From: an uncultured delta proteobacterium
GTDB lineage: Bacteria > Myxococcota_A > Polyangia > Fen-1088
DNA length: 64,000 nt
Reading direction: 5' to 3'
NCBI GenBank assembly: GCA_963767925.1
Contig: CAVYGB010000002.1
Location: 1,536,001-1,600,000, forward strand
The position numbers were made by a program, and so were the translations under genes. Shown here piece by piece: positions 18,235-28,852 of this stretch (within the stretch, counting starts at the first letter, position 1; every line of letters begins with the position of its first letter). Below the pieces are notes generated by a model that did no database searches, was not told the DNA's origin, and worked only from the letters and a program-made list of their open reading frames with translations.

Positions 18235-20088
18235 TCAGGGGCCGGCGCCTTCTCCGGGGGGCTCGGGCTCGGCGGGGGGCAGGTTCGGGACCTCCTCGGG
18301 GTTGAGGGCCACGCCCTTCTGCCGGGGGGCGACCAGGGGCTCGGGGCGGGGGACCGGGCGGGTGTAGAGGCGGTCCTGGCCACCCTGCACCTTGTCGCCC
18401 TGCTGCTGCATGGCGAACCGCTCGCGGTCGCGGCGGCGCACGTCCTCCTCCAGCTCCAGCTGGTAGTCGGCGGGCATCCCCAGCTCCTCCAGGGCGGCGC
18501 GCCCGAAGGTGATGGCGCTCTCGTAGGTCTCGCGCATCTGGAAGTGGGCCCCCTTCTCCAGCACCTCGAGGGCGTGGACCCGGTCGAAGGCCCGGGCGAA
18601 GACCTGGGCCAGGGGGAAGGCCGAACGAACCAGCTCGACGATGCGGGTGGCGCTCTCCTTCTGCTCGACGCACACGCAGATCAGGCGGGCCTTCTCCGCC
18701 CCCGCCGCCCGCAACACGTCGAGGCGGGACCCGTCGCCGTAGTAGACCTTGAACCCGAACCGCCCGGCGGCCTCCAGCATCTCGACGTCGTTGTCGATGG
18801 TCGTGACCTCGATGCCCGCGGGCAGCAACATCTGGCTGACCACCTGCCCGAAGCGCCCGAAGCCGATCAGCAGCACCGAGCCGCCCGCCCCCTCGAAGCT
18901 CTCCTCGCGCGCGGGCGCCGCCTTGGCCCGGGCCAGGCGGGGGGCCAGCGCCGCCAGCAGCGGGCTGAGGGCCATGGTGATGGTGACCAGCGCGACGAGC
19001 AGGGTGGCCTGCTCCTGCTCCATCACGCCCGCCGCCACCGCCGTCGAGAACAGCACGAACCCGAACTCGCCCCCCTGGGGCAGCAGCAGGCCGGTGCGCA
19101 TCGCGGTGACGTGGCCGCCGCCGGTCAGGCGAACCAGGCCGTAGACAACGCCGATCTTGATGGCGGTGAGCAGCACCACCGCCCCCAGCAAGACGCCCCA
19201 GTGGCGGCCGACGATCATCGGATCGACGGTCATGCCGACCGAGATGAAGAACAGCCCCAGCAGCAGCCCCCGGAACGGCTCGATGTCCGCCTCCAGCTCG
19301 TGGCGGTAGCTCGACTCGGCCAGCAGGATGCCCGAGAGGAAGGCCCCCAGCGCCGGGGACAGCCCGGCGTAGGTCATGAGGGCGGCAGCGGCCACCACCA
19401 CCAGCAAGGCGGCGGCGGTCATCACCTCGCGGGCGCGGGCGTTGGCCAGGACGCGGAACAGGGGGTTGAGCAGGAACCGCCCGGCCAGGATCACCACCGC
19501 CAGGGCGCCGACCATCTTGACCGCCGACAGCCAGATCGGGGGGCCGTCGTGCCCGCCCGAGGTGGGGGCCAGGATGGCCACCAGGGCCAGCAGCGGCACC
19601 ACCGCCAGGTCCTGCAGCAGCAAGATGGCGAAGGCCTTCTGCCCGTGGGGCGTCTGCACCTCCCCCTTCTCCTCGAGCATCTGCATCACGAGGGCGGTCG
19701 AGGAGAGGGCGAGCCCCAGCCCGGCGATGAGCGAGCTCTGCCAGCCCCGCCCCACGATCAGCAGGGGGTAGATCATCGCCAGCAGCCCGGTGAGCACGAG
19801 CTGGGCCGACCCCAGCACGAAGATGTCCCGCCGCATGGCCCACAGGCGCGACAGGTTCAGCTCGAGCCCGATGATGAAGAGGAACAGCACGACCCCCAGC
19901 TCGGCGACGTGCATGATCGATCCGGCGTCGGCGAACAGGCCCAGCCCCCGGGGGCCGATCACCAGCCCGGCGGCCAGGTAGCCGAGGATCGATCCCAGGC
20001 GCAGCCAGCGAAACAGCGGCACCGCCACCACCGCAGCGGTGAGGAAGATCAGGATCTGGGTGAAGACAGAAGGCTGCGCGGCGGCCAT
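18235..20088 (-). CDS. kefC: KefB/KefC-like CPA2 K+/H+ antiporter with a TrkA-N domain
   Basis: LGSILGYL, AELGVVLFLFIIGLEL, SSTA, LLLQD, YRHELEADIEPFRGLLLGLFF, GFGRFGQ, YYGDG. KefB and KefC cannot be distinguished by eye. Confidence 0.9.
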   Translation of the reverse strand: MAAAQPSVFTQILIFLTAAVVAVPLFRWLRLGSILGYLAAGLVIGPRGLGLFADAGSIMHVAELGVVLFLFIIGLELNLSRLWAMRRDIFVLGSAQLVLTGLLAMIYPLLIVGRGWQSSLIAGLGLALSSTALVMQMLEEKGEVQTPHGQKAFAILLLQDLAVVPLLALVAILAPTSGGHDGPPIWLSAVKMVGALAVVILAGRFLLNPLFRVLANARAREVMTAAALLVVVAAAALMTYAGLSPALGAFLSGILLAESSYRHELEADIEPFRGLLLGLFFISVGMTVDPMIVGRHWGVLLGAVVLLTAIKIGVVYGLVRLTGGGHVTAMRTGLLLPQGGEFGFVLFSTAVAAGVMEQEQATLLVALVTITMALSPLLAALAPRLARAKAAPAREESFEGAGGSVLLIGFGRFGQVVSQMLLPAGIEVTTIDNDVEMLEAAGRFGFKVYYGDGSRLDVLRAAGAEKARLICVCVEQKESATRIVELVRSAFPLAQVFARAFDRVHALEVLEKGAHFQMRETYESAITFGRAALEELGMPADYQLELEEDVRRRDRERFAMQQQGDKVQGGQDRLYTRPVPRPEPLVAPRQKGVALNPEEVPNLPPAEPEPPGEGAGP

Positions 20089-20174
20089 GGCGCCCGCAGT
20101 GTCCTCCGCGCCGCTCTCACTTTCGAGGCCATTTTTTTCCCCGCTCCGCCCGACCGCCGCCGTCTGCTCGGACG

Positions 20175-20348
20175 CCCCTCACCCCGCCCTCTCCCCTCTC
20201 CCCGCTACGCGGGGCGAGGGCGAACGGACAACGGGAAGCCAAGGTCTCGAAGTTTGCCAGGGGTCGTCCCTCGAAAGAAGATCGATGCACCTCCGCGACA
20301 TGTTCGCCCTCGCCCCGCGGCAGCGGGGAGAGGGAAGGGGTGAGGGGG
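20175..20348. repeat. Inverted pair of type A REPs (20175-20225 and 20302-20348) around about 76 bp of unique sequence
   Basis: Both arms match the family consensus, in opposite orientation. Confidence 0.88.
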
Positions 20349-20391
20349 CTCCGGCGGCCGCAGCGTCGGTGCGCGGCCTGCCAGGGCTCTG

Positions 20392-20688
20392 CTAAGGCGG
20401 GTCGGGGCGGAAGGCGCGCTCGGGGTCGGCGAAGGGGGCGGTGAGGGCGAGGGCCCAGCCCGCCAGGGCGGAGAAGGCCAGCAGGAGCACCACGTCGCGG
20501 GCGCCGCCGATGAGGCCGGTGAGGAAGGGGGCGGTCAGCGCCAGCAGGCTGCCCAGCCGGCGGCGGCAGGCCAGGCGGACGATCTCGGCCGGGCGGACGT
20601 CGGCGGTGCGCCGGGTGGGCTGGCCGGCGCGCAGGAACAGCAGGCCGATCGCCATCAGCAGCGCGCCCAGCAGCAGGGCGAGCGTCAC
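20392..20688 (-). CDS. Small membrane protein coupled to the PepSY gene
   Basis: GTG start overlaps the PepSY stop; about 3 hydrophobic helices. Confidence 0.6.
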   Translation of the reverse strand: MTLALLLGALLMAIGLLFLRAGQPTRRTADVRPAEIVRLACRRRLGSLLALTAPFLTGLIGGARDVVLLLAFSALAGWALALTAPFADPERAFRPDPP

Positions 20689-22349
20689 TTGCGCCCCTCG
20701 GTGGTGGCCAGCTCGCCGACCGCGAGCGCGGGCCGGGCGGGCGCGGTCTCGGCGGCGGCGGCGCTGCGGCCGAGCAGGCGCGCCGCCTGGAACAGGCCGA
20801 AGCCGAGGACCAGCAGGGCGGCGTCGACGAGCGCGGGCGCCGGGTTGCCCGCGTTCCAGCTCCGCAAGGTGGTCGCGCCGGTGGCGGCCATCGCCAGCAG
20901 GGGCAGGGCCACTGCCAGCGCGCCCGCCGCCCGGAGCAGCCCGCGCAGCGTCCGGCGCAGCGAGGTCGCCCGCAGGGCCAGCAGGATCGACAGCGCCAGC
21001 AGCAGGCCGGCCGTCAGGCCCATGGCGGGGATCGCGCCGAGCGAGAGGCGCAGGGCCGCGGCCCAGGCCAGCACCGCCCCGAAGGTCGCGAGCGGCATCC
21101 CGGCCATGGTGCCGGCGAGCAGGCGGCGCATGGTCTCGGGCGCGCCTCCGCTGGCCCGGCGGGACTCCCGCCGCCGCTCGCTCCAGACCAGGGTCCCGGT
21201 GCAGGTGAGCACGCAGCAGCCGATGCCGAGGAAGGCCCACAGGATGCGCGACAGGGGGCCGCCGAAGTTGCCGTAGTGCAGGGGCCCCATCCAGGAGAAG
21301 ATCGCCCCGCCCACCGAGGGGCCGGTCCCCAGCGGAGACCTCTCGCGCACGAAGGCGCCGGTCACGCCGTCGTAGCGGAGCTGGGCCGGCGCCACCCGCG
21401 CGCCTACCTCGCCGAGGCCGATGTCGATGGTCGAGCCGCTCTGTCCCCGGTGGGCCAGGGCCATGAACCCCAGGTGCGCGCCCGGGGCCCGGCGGCGGGC
21501 GTCCCGGAGGACGGCGTCGAGGTCGGCCCCCGCGGTGGGGGTCCGGGGGCCGGCGTGCTCGACCTCGCCGACCAGGGCCTCCTGCAGGGCCAGCTCGTTG
21601 CCAGAGAAGGCCACCTTGGCCAGCGCCGGCAGCAGCAGAGCGTCGCCGAAGCTGAAGAAGGCCCCGGTGAAGGCCAGCACGGCGCCGTAGGGGAGGAGCC
21701 ACACCCCGGTGGCCGTGTGCAGGTCGCGGTAGAGCTGGCGGGGGCGGGCCTGGCGCCGCACCCGGAAGGCCTCGGCCAGGAAGCGGCGGTGCACGAGCAC
21801 CCCGGTCAGCAGCAGCACCATGAGCGCGAAGCCGACAACCCCGGTGGCGTAGAGCCCGACCGGCTCGGGGATCAGGAGCTGCACGTGCAGGTCGACGAAG
21901 AAGTGGCTGAGGGCCTCGATCCCGCTGGGCTCGAACACGTCGTCGGCGATGCCGTCACGCCGCTGCAGCACCTGGTGGCTGGCCGGGTCGACATCGAAGC
22001 GGGCCCCCCGCTCGACGACCTTGCCCCAGGCGTCGACGCCGTGGGTGTGGAAAAACAGGATCAGCGGGCGGCTCGGGCGCTGGAAGATCGACACCTCTTC
22101 GCGCCAGGCCGGCTCGACCTGCGCCGAAAGCCGGTCGACCAGGGCGCCGAGCTCCGGGCGATCCATCTGCTCGAGCGCGGCGATGGGGCGGGCCCGGCCG
22201 GCCCAGGCCTCGAGCTCGCCGGAGAACACGGCGATGGCCCCGGTGAAGAAGACGACCAGCGCCAGCAGGCCCAGGCTCACCCCGGTCACGCTGTGCAGCC
22301 AGTACAGCGCCCGGCGGACAGAACCTCGCTGCTCCTCGGAATCGTCCAT
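20685..22349 (-). CDS. PepSY-associated TM helix domain protein (iron-regulated membrane protein type)
   Basis: WLHSVTG, FFTG, DLHVQL, DLHTATG, FTGA, LHYGNFGG, TGTLVW. Confidence 0.88.
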   Translation of the reverse strand: MDDSEEQRGSVRRALYWLHSVTGVSLGLLALVVFFTGAIAVFSGELEAWAGRARPIAALEQMDRPELGALVDRLSAQVEPAWREEVSIFQRPSRPLILFFHTHGVDAWGKVVERGARFDVDPASHQVLQRRDGIADDVFEPSGIEALSHFFVDLHVQLLIPEPVGLYATGVVGFALMVLLLTGVLVHRRFLAEAFRVRRQARPRQLYRDLHTATGVWLLPYGAVLAFTGAFFSFGDALLLPALAKVAFSGNELALQEALVGEVEHAGPRTPTAGADLDAVLRDARRRAPGAHLGFMALAHRGQSGSTIDIGLGEVGARVAPAQLRYDGVTGAFVRERSPLGTGPSVGGAIFSWMGPLHYGNFGGPLSRILWAFLGIGCCVLTCTGTLVWSERRRESRRASGGAPETMRRLLAGTMAGMPLATFGAVLAWAAALRLSLGAIPAMGLTAGLLLALSILLALRATSLRRTLRGLLRAAGALAVALPLLAMAATGATTLRSWNAGNPAPALVDAALLVLGFGLFQAARLLGRSAAAAETAPARPALAVGELATTEGRK

Positions 22350-22374
22350 GGCCGCCTTTCGCTCCAGGTCCTCG

Positions 22375-22668
22375 TCAGCCGATGCGCAACCAGAGCGTGA
22401 CGCCGTGTGCGCCGCCGAGCGCCTCCAGGAACAGCCAGGCCGCCCGCCCCCGCCGCCCGGCCAGGTAGACGCCCAGGGCCAGCCCGGTCCAGACCAGCGG
22501 GAACAGCACCACCGGCAACACCAGGTGATCCACCCGCCCCCGCCCCGGCGGCAGCCACAGGGTCGCGCCCAGCGCCACCAGGAAGGCCACCACGAAGGTC
22601 ACCAGAATCGCGGCGGCGCTGGCCGCCGCGCGCGCCAGCCCGCCCTGCGCACCCCGGACCCGGCCCAT
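22375..22668 (-). CDS. Small membrane protein, first gene of the PepSY operon
   Basis: Three hydrophobic helices; LPVVLFPLVW; co-oriented upstream of the PepSY gene. Confidence 0.6.
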   Translation of the reverse strand: MGRVRGAQGGLARAAASAAAILVTFVVAFLVALGATLWLPPGRGRVDHLVLPVVLFPLVWTGLALGVYLAGRRGRAAWLFLEALGGAHGVTLWLRIG

Positions 22669-22670
22669 TG

Positions 22671-22685
22671 TGAAAGCGATATTCA
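22671..22685. promoter_or_regulatory. Putative Fur box
   Basis: TGAAAGC-G-ATATTCA, a 7-1-7 imperfect palindrome in an AT-rich patch directly upstream of the PepSY operon start. Confidence 0.5.
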
Positions 22686-23086
22686 CTTTATCTAACTGGC
22701 TCAGTCGCCGCCCCTCTGTCAAGCCCCGGGCCTACCCGGAGCGAGGCGGTGTCCGGCCCGAGGAGACGCGGGGGCAGCGTTCAGAGGCTCACGGTAGAAC
22801 CGCCGGCTTTCCGCTTCGATCCGTTTCACGTCGCGCATCCGTCGGCAGCGCCACGTCCTAACGTATCCCTGCCGAACTCTCGTGGCCGGAAACCATGTTG
22901 CCGGGCGGAACCGTTGCGCGTCGGCCTGAGGCGTATCGTTCAGCGTCGGCACCAGAGCGTTGCGATTGAAGGAAAGTTTCGTCCCTGTGTCCCGGCGGGT
23001 CCCTTCTCGCTGACCTTAGGGGACAACAACGTTTAAGTACTTGCATTAAACGCGTCGTGCCGACGCCAATCTGTAAGGAGACACAC

Positions 23087-23452
23087 ATGTCTGGAAGGTC
23101 CCGAAGCACGCTCCTCTTGGTAGCTTGCGGCATTCTCGCTGCCGCGATTGGGAATTTGGCATCCAACCGCGTCGAGGCGGCCGACTACATCTGCTCTCGA
23201 GATGATCCGGAAACCAAGTGGGAGTTGGCTCTTACTGGCGCCGGCGTCGGGGAGTCGAAGTCCCACGCTCGTGAGTTGGCGAAAGACGACGCGAATACCA
23301 AGTGCAACCAGCAACAAGATGGCGGAAAGGCGGGCGCGGGCTGCTGTGCCCCGGCGGACTGCGACGCGTCATGCGTTATGTTTATGGACCACCTGCCTTG
23401 CGTTGCGTCAGTGATCGGGTGGCCCTGGGTAACCAACATCATCATCTACTGA
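23087..23452 (+). CDS. Small secreted Cys-rich protein (121 aa)
   Basis: TAAGGAG RBS, signal peptide ending VEA-A, 7 Cys in the mature part. Confidence 0.75.
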   Translation: MSGRSRSTLLLVACGILAAAIGNLASNRVEAADYICSRDDPETKWELALTGAGVGESKSHARELAKDDANTKCNQQQDGGKAGAGCCAPADCDASCVMFMDHLPCVASVIGWPWVTNIIIY

Positions 23453-23686
23453 GGCTGCTACCTGGGATCGCCGGCCCAACTTCGTGATTTCAGGTGCAAC
23501 GTGTCAGCCGATTGACCGAAGGAACGCCGCGCGACATGACAGGCGGAAAAGCCCTCAGGCCCCATCTTTTTCGCTTGTGCGTTACCGGCCTCGAACCGCG
23601 ACCAACGGTCACGCGTCCCAACGGAGGATGGATTGAGAATATCAACCGACCTAGGCGCGGAGCACAGTCCCGGCGTCAGCGGCGAT

Positions 23687-24838
23687 ATGGGGACGAAGAG
23701 ACTTGGTGCTTTGCCCGTCATTTGGGGCGCTTGCTTGGTCTCGGCGGCAGCCTGGTTTCTGAGCGATGCCACCAGCGTCTTTTCCTCCACTCTACCCTGT
23801 GAGACTGCTCCGATCGGCCGCTTCCGAGCAATCCGGCTGGAAGGCTTGTCGCTGTCGGCCTTCGCCTTGGCGCTGTTTTCGACGCTGCTTGTTACGTCCG
23901 TTTCCGCGCGACGCGCGAGTGATGTCATCGACCGGCAGCTTTTTGCGAACATCACGCTTGCTTCGAGCGTCCTCGCCTCGGCGCTCGCCTGGGTGCTTGT
24001 CCGAATGGCGGGGCGCGCGTTCACTCGCCAATCCCGCCTTCCTGATAATTGCGATTGCTCCTGTAGTCGGGTTGGCTGTCGCTGTTCTGACTCGACGTCC
24101 GGCGGGACACCAGTCACCGCGGCTCTCCGACCTAAACGCGTTCGTCCAGCGCCACGGTGGAACCCTCGCAACATTGATTGTCATTGGTGTCGGCATCGTC
24201 ACGCTCGACTGCCTCGTGTTGCCTCAGGATCGGCGCCCCCGCCTTTCACAGTTCGACTTTCCAGAACAGCTCCTCCGATCGGAGACCGGTCGGATCACGC
24301 TCTTTGAGCGCGTCGAGCAGGCACGTGATCCCGACGCGCGTCGCCTGCTCGAACCTGGGAAGGTCGTCGTTACGCGATTTTCAGATGCCAGCTGCCAAGG
24401 GTGCAAGACGACCTATTTTGGTTATCGTGAGGTACTGGCGTCCTTGCGCCGCCGTCACGAGGACGTCGTGGTTCAGGTACGGGACTTTCCGCTCGACCTT
24501 TCGTGCAAACCCAGGCATCAGCAGCGCTCTTTCCCAAGCCGGCCGCTGTCTCGCGGCCACAACGGCGCGATTGGCCGCTGTGTCTGGAGTGCGGGACGAA
24601 ATGGATGACTGGCTGCACGCGACGGTTAAGCCGTTCGGCACGGGATATCGAAGCCCACGCGAGGACGCTGAATGTCCGTATAACGGATACTTTGCGCGAG
24701 AAGGCCATTCAGGAGGTGCGCGCTGACCTCTTCGTCGCCACTCAGGTGAAGCTGCGCGAGCTTCCGGGCTTGTTTGTCAACGATATCCGGTTGCCGTCGG
24801 TCGCCCCCCCCGGTACTCCAGGCAATCGTGGAACGTGA
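23687..24838 (+). CDS. Membrane (VKOR-like) domain fused to a DsbA/thioredoxin-like domain; split by about 3 frameshifts
   Basis: Four or five TM helices with LPCET..RFRAI..GLSLS; then FSDASCQGC, RDFPLDLSC(N)P and cis-Pro-type ELPGLFVND in successive frames. Confidence 0.65.
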
Positions 24839-24856
24839 ATTGGAAAGTATTATAAA

Positions 24857-25561
24857 ATGAAAACCAAACTGCTGATCGTCTCCCTCGCCGGCGCTGTGAT
24901 TGGCGGCCTCATCTTCATTGCATTTTATGCTTCTAGATCCCGCCGACCGACTCATGACGCAGCCATCGACATGCGGGGCGAACCCAAAAATGCTGTGCCC
25001 GCAGACAAGTCGGAGCAGTTTCTGCCGCGCGCTCCGGTTCCTCGCTTGGCGGTCACCGCGACACCAGAACGACCGGATGATCAGGAAAAGCGGCCTCAAG
25101 TCCCGAGCGACTGGAACGAGGAGGAGAGCGGCCCTTTCGAGGCAGATCTGAGACCTGGGCATCGAGAGCTGACCACCGTCCCCCTCCTGCGAGAAAAGCG
25201 CTTGAAGGACTTCGAGTCGACCGCCGAGTTGGGGCCGCCCGAGCGCGAACGACTCCGCGCGCTGGCCGACGACGTAAATGACCGATTTATAGCTGAATTC
25301 GAACGGACCGTCCTCCCTGCGCTCTCTACCGAGGATCGCAACGAAGGCATGCGAGTGCGGGAGGAGTTCTTGCGCACGACGCTTCGAATGTTCTCGGACG
25401 CTCAGCGAGAGGTGGAGGGACTCAGTCCCACCGCGCGCGACGTTGCAAAGAGCCAGAAGTTCGGTCCGATGGCCATGATGGGCGCCCAGGCGCTTCACAA
25501 ACTCTACATATTCAATCGCCGCTTCAAACGATTCGACACCAACTCCGTCGCTACACCCTGA
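24857..25561 (+). CDS. Hypothetical protein with an N-terminal membrane anchor
   Basis: 234-aa ORF; MKTKLLIVSLAGAVIGGLIFIAFY followed by a charged helical region. Confidence 0.65.
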   Translation: MKTKLLIVSLAGAVIGGLIFIAFYASRSRRPTHDAAIDMRGEPKNAVPADKSEQFLPRAPVPRLAVTATPERPDDQEKRPQVPSDWNEEESGPFEADLRPGHRELTTVPLLREKRLKDFESTAELGPPERERLRALADDVNDRFIAEFERTVLPALSTEDRNEGMRVREEFLRTTLRMFSDAQREVEGLSPTARDVAKSQKFGPMAMMGAQALHKLYIFNRRFKRFDTNSVATP

Positions 25562-25625
25562 GGATCCTCCAGCTCCTTGGAAACGCCCGACTTCTCCCGC
25601 CCAGCCGTCCCCGGCCACCAACGGT

Positions 25626-27370
25626 GTGTTGATCCCTATCTTGAATAGGCTGCGTCTCAGCCTGTCGGGGTGGCCGCCTCTGGGCGGGTTATTTTCTCTC
25701 GCCACGGTAACATCGAGTTTTCTAGTGCTGAAGTGCTTCTCGCTTCAGCCACAGGTCAACGACGACGGGCTCTACTTTTACGCGGCTGCTCGAACGGCTT
25801 CGGGCGCGCTACCCTATTCCGACTTCTTCTTCGCTCACCCGCCGCTTCACCTTGTTCCCACGGCAATCGCCTTTGCGGTGTTTGGATATCGTTGGTGGCT
25901 TGCAAAAGCCCTCATATTCGGACTGTCGACATTGCAGGGCTTCTGTGTCTACCTGACCGTCCGTCGTTTCGCGCAGGACCGCCATCCGCTGCAGCGGGAG
26001 GCGGCGGCAGTTTTCGGAGTGCTTATGCTGTTCTTCGGGTCGGAGACGTTCCTGGTGGCCTCATCGAATGACACCGGACTCGTGCAGAGTAGCGCCTGGC
26101 TCGGCCTCTCGGTCACGCTCCTCGTGCATCAGCGACCTAGGTCCGCTGGCTTCTTTGCCGGTGCGGCGGCGATGACGTCGATTCAAACCTTCCCGCTAGT
26201 CGCTGCACTTGGTGTCGTGACGAAAATGGTTGGACCGCGGCGGAGCGCCCTCCAGTTCGTCTTGGTGGCCCTCAGCGTGGTCCTTCTCGTACACGCGGCC
26301 GCCGTTTCCTGGTCGGGAATTCACTTCTTCCAACAGGTTTATAGCTTTCACCTCGCCAAGATCGGTTCGAGAGGCGAAGGGTCAAACGAGCTTGCACGCC
26401 TATTTTGGAACGACTGGCCGCTGTTCGTCGCCTCAGCCGCTGGCGCTACAATTCTCACGTCGACCCCCGGAAAGCAGAGAATACTCACCGCGCTGACTGT
26501 AGCCTCCCTCGGACTCTTTCTCGGAGTCATGGTCTCTAGACCCCGGGTCTTTTACTGGTATTTCCTCCCAGTGCTCTTTCCGGCAGCCGTGCTGGCTGGC
26601 CTTGCGCTGGCGCTACTGGTGGACACCATGAGGCCCAAGAAGAGCCCGTCCGCGGCCACCTACCCATCACGATGGGCTTGGGTATTCTTCGGCGGTCTGT
26701 CTATTTTGATGGGTCAACCGGACGAAGGGCTCGCGACGGCGTGCGTTCCCCGCACGAAGATTCGACACAGTACGATCGCAGGACCATTTACAAGTGGGTC
26801 GATGCTCCAGGCCTCGGCCCGCTGAACGCCCTTATCCGGACTGTCTGGTGGCAGGAGGGCCGGAGAGCCGCACCCGGCCGCCGGCACAACCTGATCACAG
26901 AGTATCTCTGGCGGCAGTCAAACTGGTTGGATTCGTTGCCAGCGATCATTTCTACCGTCCAGGGCCTTGTCGCCCAGGCGCCGAAAATTAACCTCTTTGG
27001 CGACTACGGCACTGTGCCTTTGGTAGCGCTGGGGGTCGGCGTCCGCGTAGCCGATGATTTCGTCGACACGACCGGTCAACGTCTCAAAGCGGGCTTCGCG
27101 CCGTTCGGAGAGATTTCGCGGCTTCTTGGTGCGGCTGACGATCCACTCATACTGCTCCGGACCGGGGGCTCTGGAATTAACTCCCTCCCCGCAATGAACG
27201 TTTACCTGACGCGGTCGTTCGAGCGCATTGGTGTCTTTCGTAGCTCCGCCGGGGTCGAGCACGTCCTATATCGAAGACCATCGGCTGCCTGGATCCGACC
27301 TGGTGTTCCGACTCGACCTGTAGGCGTGGGGTTGTCCCGGGCTCTGGTCGTGATTCCGGTCGAGGCGTGA
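25626..27370 (+). CDS. GT-C fold (ArnT/PMT/GT87-like) membrane glycosyltransferase, one frameshift near 26.7 kb; start uncertain
   Basis: NDDGLYFYAA...GALPYSDFFFAHPP, multiple TM helices, FYWYFLP; continues in ORF 26672-27370. Confidence 0.65.
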
Positions 27371-27443
27371 TAGCGCGCGCGCTTCCCAGTTCCGCTTCCC
27401 GAGCGGGGTATAGGAGCGAGCGGGCGCGGAAGTGAGAAGGCCG

Positions 27444-28847
27444 CTACGGCGCCGGCTGGGTGAGGACGTACCCGCCGTCGGCCTTTAGGACGCGGCCGGT
27501 GCGGATGAGCTCGGCGAGCGCCTCGTAGAGTCGGGAGTTGCGGATCTTGCAGGCGTCGCGGATCTCGGCGATGGGGACCGGAGCGTGTGCAGCGGCGAGA
27601 GCGTGGACGATCAGATCCGGGGGAGCGAGGGCAGGCTCAGGTTCGAGGGACGAGTCAGCCGGCTTACCTTCAGCGATGCGGAGCGCGAGTGCGTCGCCGT
27701 CGGCGTGCAGGTCGAGGCCCAGGGCAGCGATGGAGGGCGCCGCGCGCTGCTCGACGGAAAGGACGAGGCGGCCATCGTGGCTGCGCCGCAAGTAGAGGTT
27801 GGAGTCGCCCCAGGCGTGGAATTCGCTCGATCCGCGGAGAGCCTGGCCGGCGCGGGCGCGGGCGCCGCCCTTGCGGGCGTGGTGCACGAGGACTACAGCG
27901 GTGTGAAAGCGGCGTTGTAGCTCGCGCAGGAAGGCGAGCAGCGGAGCGACCTCACCGCTGGCATTTTCGTCGACGCGGTGAAGACGGACGAAAGGGTCAA
28001 GGACGAGCAAGCGTGGACGGAGGGCTTCGACGGTGTCGATGAGGCGGACGCGGTCTTGCTGCAGGTCGAGGCGTACGGAGACGGCGGTGATGACGTGGAC
28101 GTCGAGTTGCGGGAAGCCGACGCCGGCGGCGCGACAGATCCCCTCGAGACGGCGGCGGACGACGTGCAGGGCGTCTTCGGCAGCGAAGAGGAGGACGGGC
28201 CCCTTGTCGGCGACGGGGAATTGGCGCAGGCAAGGGGCGCCCGAGGCGACGGCGACGGCCAGGTCGAGGGCGAGAAAGGACTTGCAGCACTTGGGCTCAC
28301 CGCCCACGATGCCGACGGCCTGGGCGGCCCATGAGCGTGAGCACGTTGTTTGAGGGTGTTTCGATCAAGTTATTCGAGGGGATCGACGCCGCGCCGAAAG
28401 CCCGGGTTCCGCGCGCCACCGACAACTTCTCCTGGACACTGTCCGTCGGGCGCGCGGTTGCGCCTCGCTGCCCGCGGGGACGTCGTCGAACCTACCGGGG
28501 CTCGACGCGCGCTTGCCGTCTCCGGCGTGCAGCGAGGCGCTCCCCTCAGAAAACCTGATCATGGGTCCCTTCATGGCGGCGAATCAGCGACGGTGCTCGA
28601 AACATGGGAAATTTGCTGCGCCGGCGAGGCGTTGACTTCCTGCATCTCTTTTCATGTTTCCGAGGGACGAGTTCCCGGGACTCCGGGTCTTTACGCGCCC
28701 CGTCCCGCAGGAATCTTGATCAGGTTCGCTCGAAATCCCCTCAGACAAGATGCCTGTGCTCACCCACAGGTCGCGGACGAGCCAGCGCTGCTCCTCGGGG
28801 ACTGTCTTGAGGTCAGCCGCGCGGCGGGTGGGAAGCGGTGAGCCCAT
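27444..28847 (-). pseudogene. AAA_25 (RecA/DnaB-like) ATPase interrupted by a MITE
   Basis: N-terminal MGSPLP...QRWLVRDLW (28847-28764) joins in frame to AAQAVGIVGGEPKCCKS (Walker A), AAED, LVLDP, LVHH, RGSS once 28332-28762 and one TSD copy are removed. Confidence 0.85.
28332..28762. mobile_element. 431-bp non-autonomous element (MITE) with TG...CA ends and a 4-bp target duplication CCCA
   Basis: CCCA at 28328-28331 and 28763-28766; ends TGAGC.../...GCTCA; subterminal IR TTGTTTGAGGGTGTTTCGA vs TTGTCTGAGGGGATTTCGA. Confidence 0.85.
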
Positions 28848-28852
28848 GAGAG

